This document shows, one piece after another, positions 59,998-64,000 of a DNA stretch of 64,000 nucleotides. Below the pieces are notes generated by a model that saw nothing but the letters and a program-made list of their open reading frames with translations, made no database searches and was not told where the DNA came from. Position 1 is the stretch's first letter. Each line of letters opens with the position of its first letter. The position numbers were made by a program, and so were the translations under genes. Source of the DNA: Squalus acanthias (taxonomy: Eukaryota); the NCBI GenBank assembly GCA_030390025.1, contig CM059452.1, forward strand, positions 6,448,001 through 6,512,000, in the 5' to 3' direction.

Positions 59998-60417
59998 GAT
60001 GCTCCCTGATTCTGTAACTCTGTGGTCCGGGAAATCCTCTGTCGGAGCAGAAATACAGATCCCCTTCCCACTGCACTGCTGATCCAACCAGTGCCAAACA
60101 GGCAACAGCGGCAGCAATCTCTCCAATAACAAAGTGCAGACAAGGCGGGTCAGAGTGAGAGCAGCAAACGGAAACTGTGGGCGAGGCTGCCGCGGGCAGT
60201 GTTATCACACGGTAGGTCCACCTGTGAGGAACTGAACTCAATAATAATGTCTTCTCCGGAAATTATATAACTCTGCCTCTCTATGAGGGCTGTGTCCCTT
60301 TCACATTCGTTACAAATTCGGAGCAAACAGACTCGCGATAGGAATTGCAGATTATTATATTGTTCAATAGTTAACGAAGTCTTCAACAGTGAAGTGGGTG
60401 TACCGGGCACAATTTCA

Positions 60418-62712
60418 TAATTTGCAAATGACACAAAACTTGGAAGTATTGTAAACAGTGAGGAGGATTATGATAGACTTCAGTAAGGCATAGACAGACT
60501 GGTGAAATGGGCGGACACGTGGCAGATGAAATTTAATGCAGAAATTGCGAAGTGATATATTTTCGTAGGAAGTACGAGGAGAGGCAATATAAATAAAAGT
60601 ATACAATCCTAACGTGGGTGCATGAATAGAGAGACCTGGGGGTATTTATGCACAAATCATTGAAGGTGGCAGGGCAGGTTGAGAAAGCGGTTAAAAAAGC
60701 ATACGGGATCCTGGGCTTTATAAATAGAGGCATAGAGTCCAAAAGCAAGGAAGTTATGATGAACCTTTATATAAGACTGTTTCGGCCTCAACTGGAGCAT
60801 TGTGTCCGATTCTGGGCACCGCACATTAGAAATGATGGGAAAGGCCTTAGAGATGGTGCAGAAAAGATTTACGAGAATGATTCCAGGGATGAGGGACTTC
60901 AGTTACGTGGATAGACTGGAGAAGCTGGGGTTGTTCTCCTTAGAGCACAGAAGAGTGAGAGGAGATTTTATAGAGGCGTTCAAAATCATGAGGGGTCTCG
61001 AGAGAGTAGATAGAGAGAAACTGTTCCCATTGGTGGAAGGGTCGAGAACCAGAGGTCACAGATTTATGGTGTTTGGCAAAAGAACCAAAGGCGACATGAG
61101 GAAAAACTTTTTTACGTAGCGAGTAGTTAGGATCTGGAATGTACTGCCTGAAAGGGTGGTGGAGGCAGACTGAATCGTGGTTTTCAAAAGGGAATTGGAT
61201 AAGGAGCTGAAGGAAAGAATTGCAGGGCTACGGGGAAAGGGCAGGGAGTAGGACTAGCTGAATTGCTCTTGCAGAGAACCGGCACGGGCTCTACGGGCGG
61301 AATGACCTCCTTCTGTGCTGTAACCATTCCATGAATCTATGAACCGGAGGCTGAAACTAGCCTTGGGAATTAGAACAAAATGGCAACTGGTCCAAAGGTT
61401 CTGGAAAGGCACATCTCGTTTCCACTTAACTAAATTCCGAAATTATGAAACTGTAAATGAATGTCATAGAAACATAGAAACATAGAAATTAGGAGCAGGA
61501 GTAGGCCATTCGGCCCCTCGAGCCTACTAGGCCATTTAATGAGATCATGGCTGATCATCCAAATTCAGTACCCTGTCCCTGCTTTCTCCCCGTATCCCTT
61601 GATCCCTTTAGCCTTAAGATATATATGTAACTCCTTCTTGAATATATTTAATGCATTGGCCTCAACTGCCTTCTGTGGTAGAGAATCCCACAGGTTCACC
61701 ACTCTCTGGGTGAAGAAATTCCTCCCCATCTCAGTCCTAAATGGCTTACCCCTTATCCTTACACTGTGACCCCTGGTTCTGGACTCCCCCGCCATCGGGA
61801 ACATCCTTCCTGCATCTAGCCTGTCTAGTCCTGTTAGAATTTTATAAGTTTCAATGAGATCCCCTCTCATTCTTCTAAACTCGAGCGAATACAAGGCCAA
61901 TCGTCCCAATCTCTCTTCATACGTCATTCCTGCCATCCCAGGTGTCAGTCTGGTGAATCTTCGCTGCACTCCCTCCATGGCAAGAACATCCTTCCTCAGA
62001 TAAGGCGACCAAAACTGCACACAATACTCAAGGTGTGGTCTCACCAAGGCCCTGTTCAACTGCAGCAAGACATCCTTGCTCCTGTACGCGAATCCTCTCG
62101 CTATGAAGGCCAACATACCATTTGCCTTCTTAACCGCCTGCTGCACCTGCATGCTTACCTTCAACGACTGGTGCACAGGGGCTCCCAGGTCTCGTTGTAC
62201 TTCCCCTTTTCCCAATCTATTGCCGTTCAGATAATAATCTGCCTTCCTGTTTTTGCCACCAAAGTGGATAACCTCGCATTATACTGCATCTGCCACGCAT
62301 CTGCCCAATCACCCAACTTGTCCAAATCATACTGGAGTTTCTCTGCATCCTCCTCACAACACACGTGCCCACCCAGCTTTATTTCGTCTGCAAACTTGGA
62401 GATATTACATCTAGTTCCCTCGTCTAGATCATTGATATATATTGTGAATAACTGGGCTCCTAGCACCGATCCCTGCGGTACCCCACTAGTCACTGCCTGC
62501 CACTCGGAAAAAGACCCGTTTATTCCAACTCTTTGCTTCCTGCCTGCCAACCAGTTCTCTATCCAAGTCAGTACTTTACACCCAATCCCATGTGCTTTAA
62601 CTTTGCACGCCAATCTCTTATGCGGGACCTTATCGAAAGCCTTCTGAAAGTCCAAATACTCCACATCCACTGGTTCTCCCTTATCTATTCTACCAGTTAC
62701 ATCCTCAAAAAT
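60418..62712. mobile_element. Two CR1 fragments tail-to-tail (+ 60418-61342; - 61465-62712)
   Basis: VKKAYGILGFINRGIE (+); LDFQKAFDKVPH, SGVPQGSVLG and KFADE (-). Confidence 0.9.
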
Positions 62713-62930
62713 GTCAAACATTAATGAGCATAAATGTGAGATAAAAAGCAATTTCACGTTACTTTATGTTGAGAAAGTGTCAGTCAATATTGGTTGATGT
62801 AAGGTGACCGGCGGTGGGAATCCGCGCTCTGTCAGCGCCACCTAGTGGCTGGGTTTAAAGTATCTCCTTTGAGCTGATCTCACAGAACACGGTTTGTGTT
62901 CGAGGTGTCCAGAGGCCCCTTCTCACTGTG

Positions 62931-63809
62931 GGCCTCAGTGCACAGTAGTACACGGCGCTGTCAGCGAGTTGCATCTCAGTGAAGTTGAAAACAGCGATAT
63001 TTCTGGACTTTTCCAGAATGACAAAGAAACGACCGTTAATTTCGCCCTTTCCAAAGGAATGTGCCTGAATTACAAAAGTCGGAGCCTTTTTCTGGCTCTG
63101 ACGGTAAAGCTGCAGGGAATAGCTCACTTCTGAAATCTGAATAGTTACAATTAATTCTCATCGACGTTCCTTCCGGATATTGGGCTTCTGTTGGCCACTG
63201 ATCGACGTAGTCTCCAGAACTCATCCTGCAGAAAACATTCCTGGTTACCGATGGAAACAGAGAGGAACACAGATCACACGTTTATCATTCTTTAAGAATA
63301 TATCTGTCTAACTCTCTGTGTATACACAGGGAGACAAAGAGACAGGAAGCGATAGCATTAGAATAATGGATAGACAGTGATAGATACACAGGTTGATAAA
63401 GAGAGAGATAGACAGAGGCATAGAGACGGACAGAAAGACAGAAAGACAGGCAGAGTGACAGACATAGAGACAGAGGGACCAACAGTAAAGCAGGCAGATA
63501 GACAGACAGTCAGATAGACGGACAGAGACAGACAGACAGACAGACAGACAGATAGCGAGACAGACAGGCAGACAGACAGACAATTCGATAAACAGGTGGA
63601 TAGACCTAGAGATCGTTGAGAGAGAGGGAGACCGAGAGAGAGAGAGAGACGCAAAGAGACAGAGAGAGAGAACGAGGCAGACCTAGAGATCGATGAATTG
63701 AAGACAGTTGTGTCAATAGTGGAATGGACAGACAGATGCATCAATAAATAAACCAACCGAATAACAACGGAGGAAAGGACCAAATAGCGAAAAGCCCAAA
63801 CTCCCTAAT
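62931..63809 (-). pseudogene. TCR alpha/delta-type V pseudogene (leader with ATG>ATT near 63809; exon 63225-62931; RSS 62930-62891)
   Basis: Frameshift after INCNYS and Trp>Leu (LQLYRQ); ADSAVYYCALRP; CACAGTG-24-ACACAAACC. Confidence 0.82.
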
Positions 63810-64000
63810 GGCCGCAGTCTCCCCACACCGGGAGCCCGCACTTCACCCGGTGCCTCCTCTCAGCTGCAGCTTTCGAACTGAAGGGGAGAATTTGAAATGT
63901 TTCCGTCAGCAAACGGAGTCCCCGTCATTTCCTGAATCGAACCAAGAGCCTGGTTTCAATGAGCTGCCGGTGATCATTGTCCCTCTCTGTGTTCATTATC

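Noticed and set aside
26816-63809. NAR-TCR (V-D-J upstream of a leaderless supporting V-delta) or TCR D/J/C segments
   Set aside because: No doubly RSS-flanked D, FGxG J or C exon was found in 20-64 kb, and the Vs have leaders or leader remnants.

Overview
Eukaryotic DNA from a cartilaginous fish (shark-type sequence, with CR1 LINEs and HE1/Deu-type SINEs). Positions ~0.7-19.8 kb hold one complete, unrearranged, apparently functional IgM heavy-chain cluster on the + strand: leader, VH, D1, D2, JH, Cmu1-4, secretory tailpiece, TM1 and TM2. All splice sites and 12/23 RSSs can be read. Directly downstream (~22.5-64 kb) is an array of about 15 T-cell-receptor alpha/delta-type V segments in mixed orientation: about 6 intact, 3 open-frame with lesions and 6 pseudogenes or fragments. 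The array is built from duplicated and inverted cassettes and is interspersed with CR1/L2 LINE fragments, SINEs, minisatellites and one 220-nt assembly gap. No TCR D, J or C segments are in the window. Most notable: (1) an intact IgM cluster is physically joined to a TCR V array; (2) minus-strand TCR Vs lie 3' of Cmu in the geometry needed for inversional joining to the IgM D segments; (3) CTCF-like motifs form an oriented lattice, several of them ~24-42 bp beyond V RSSs. Coordinates were read by eye, and repeat boundaries are approximate.
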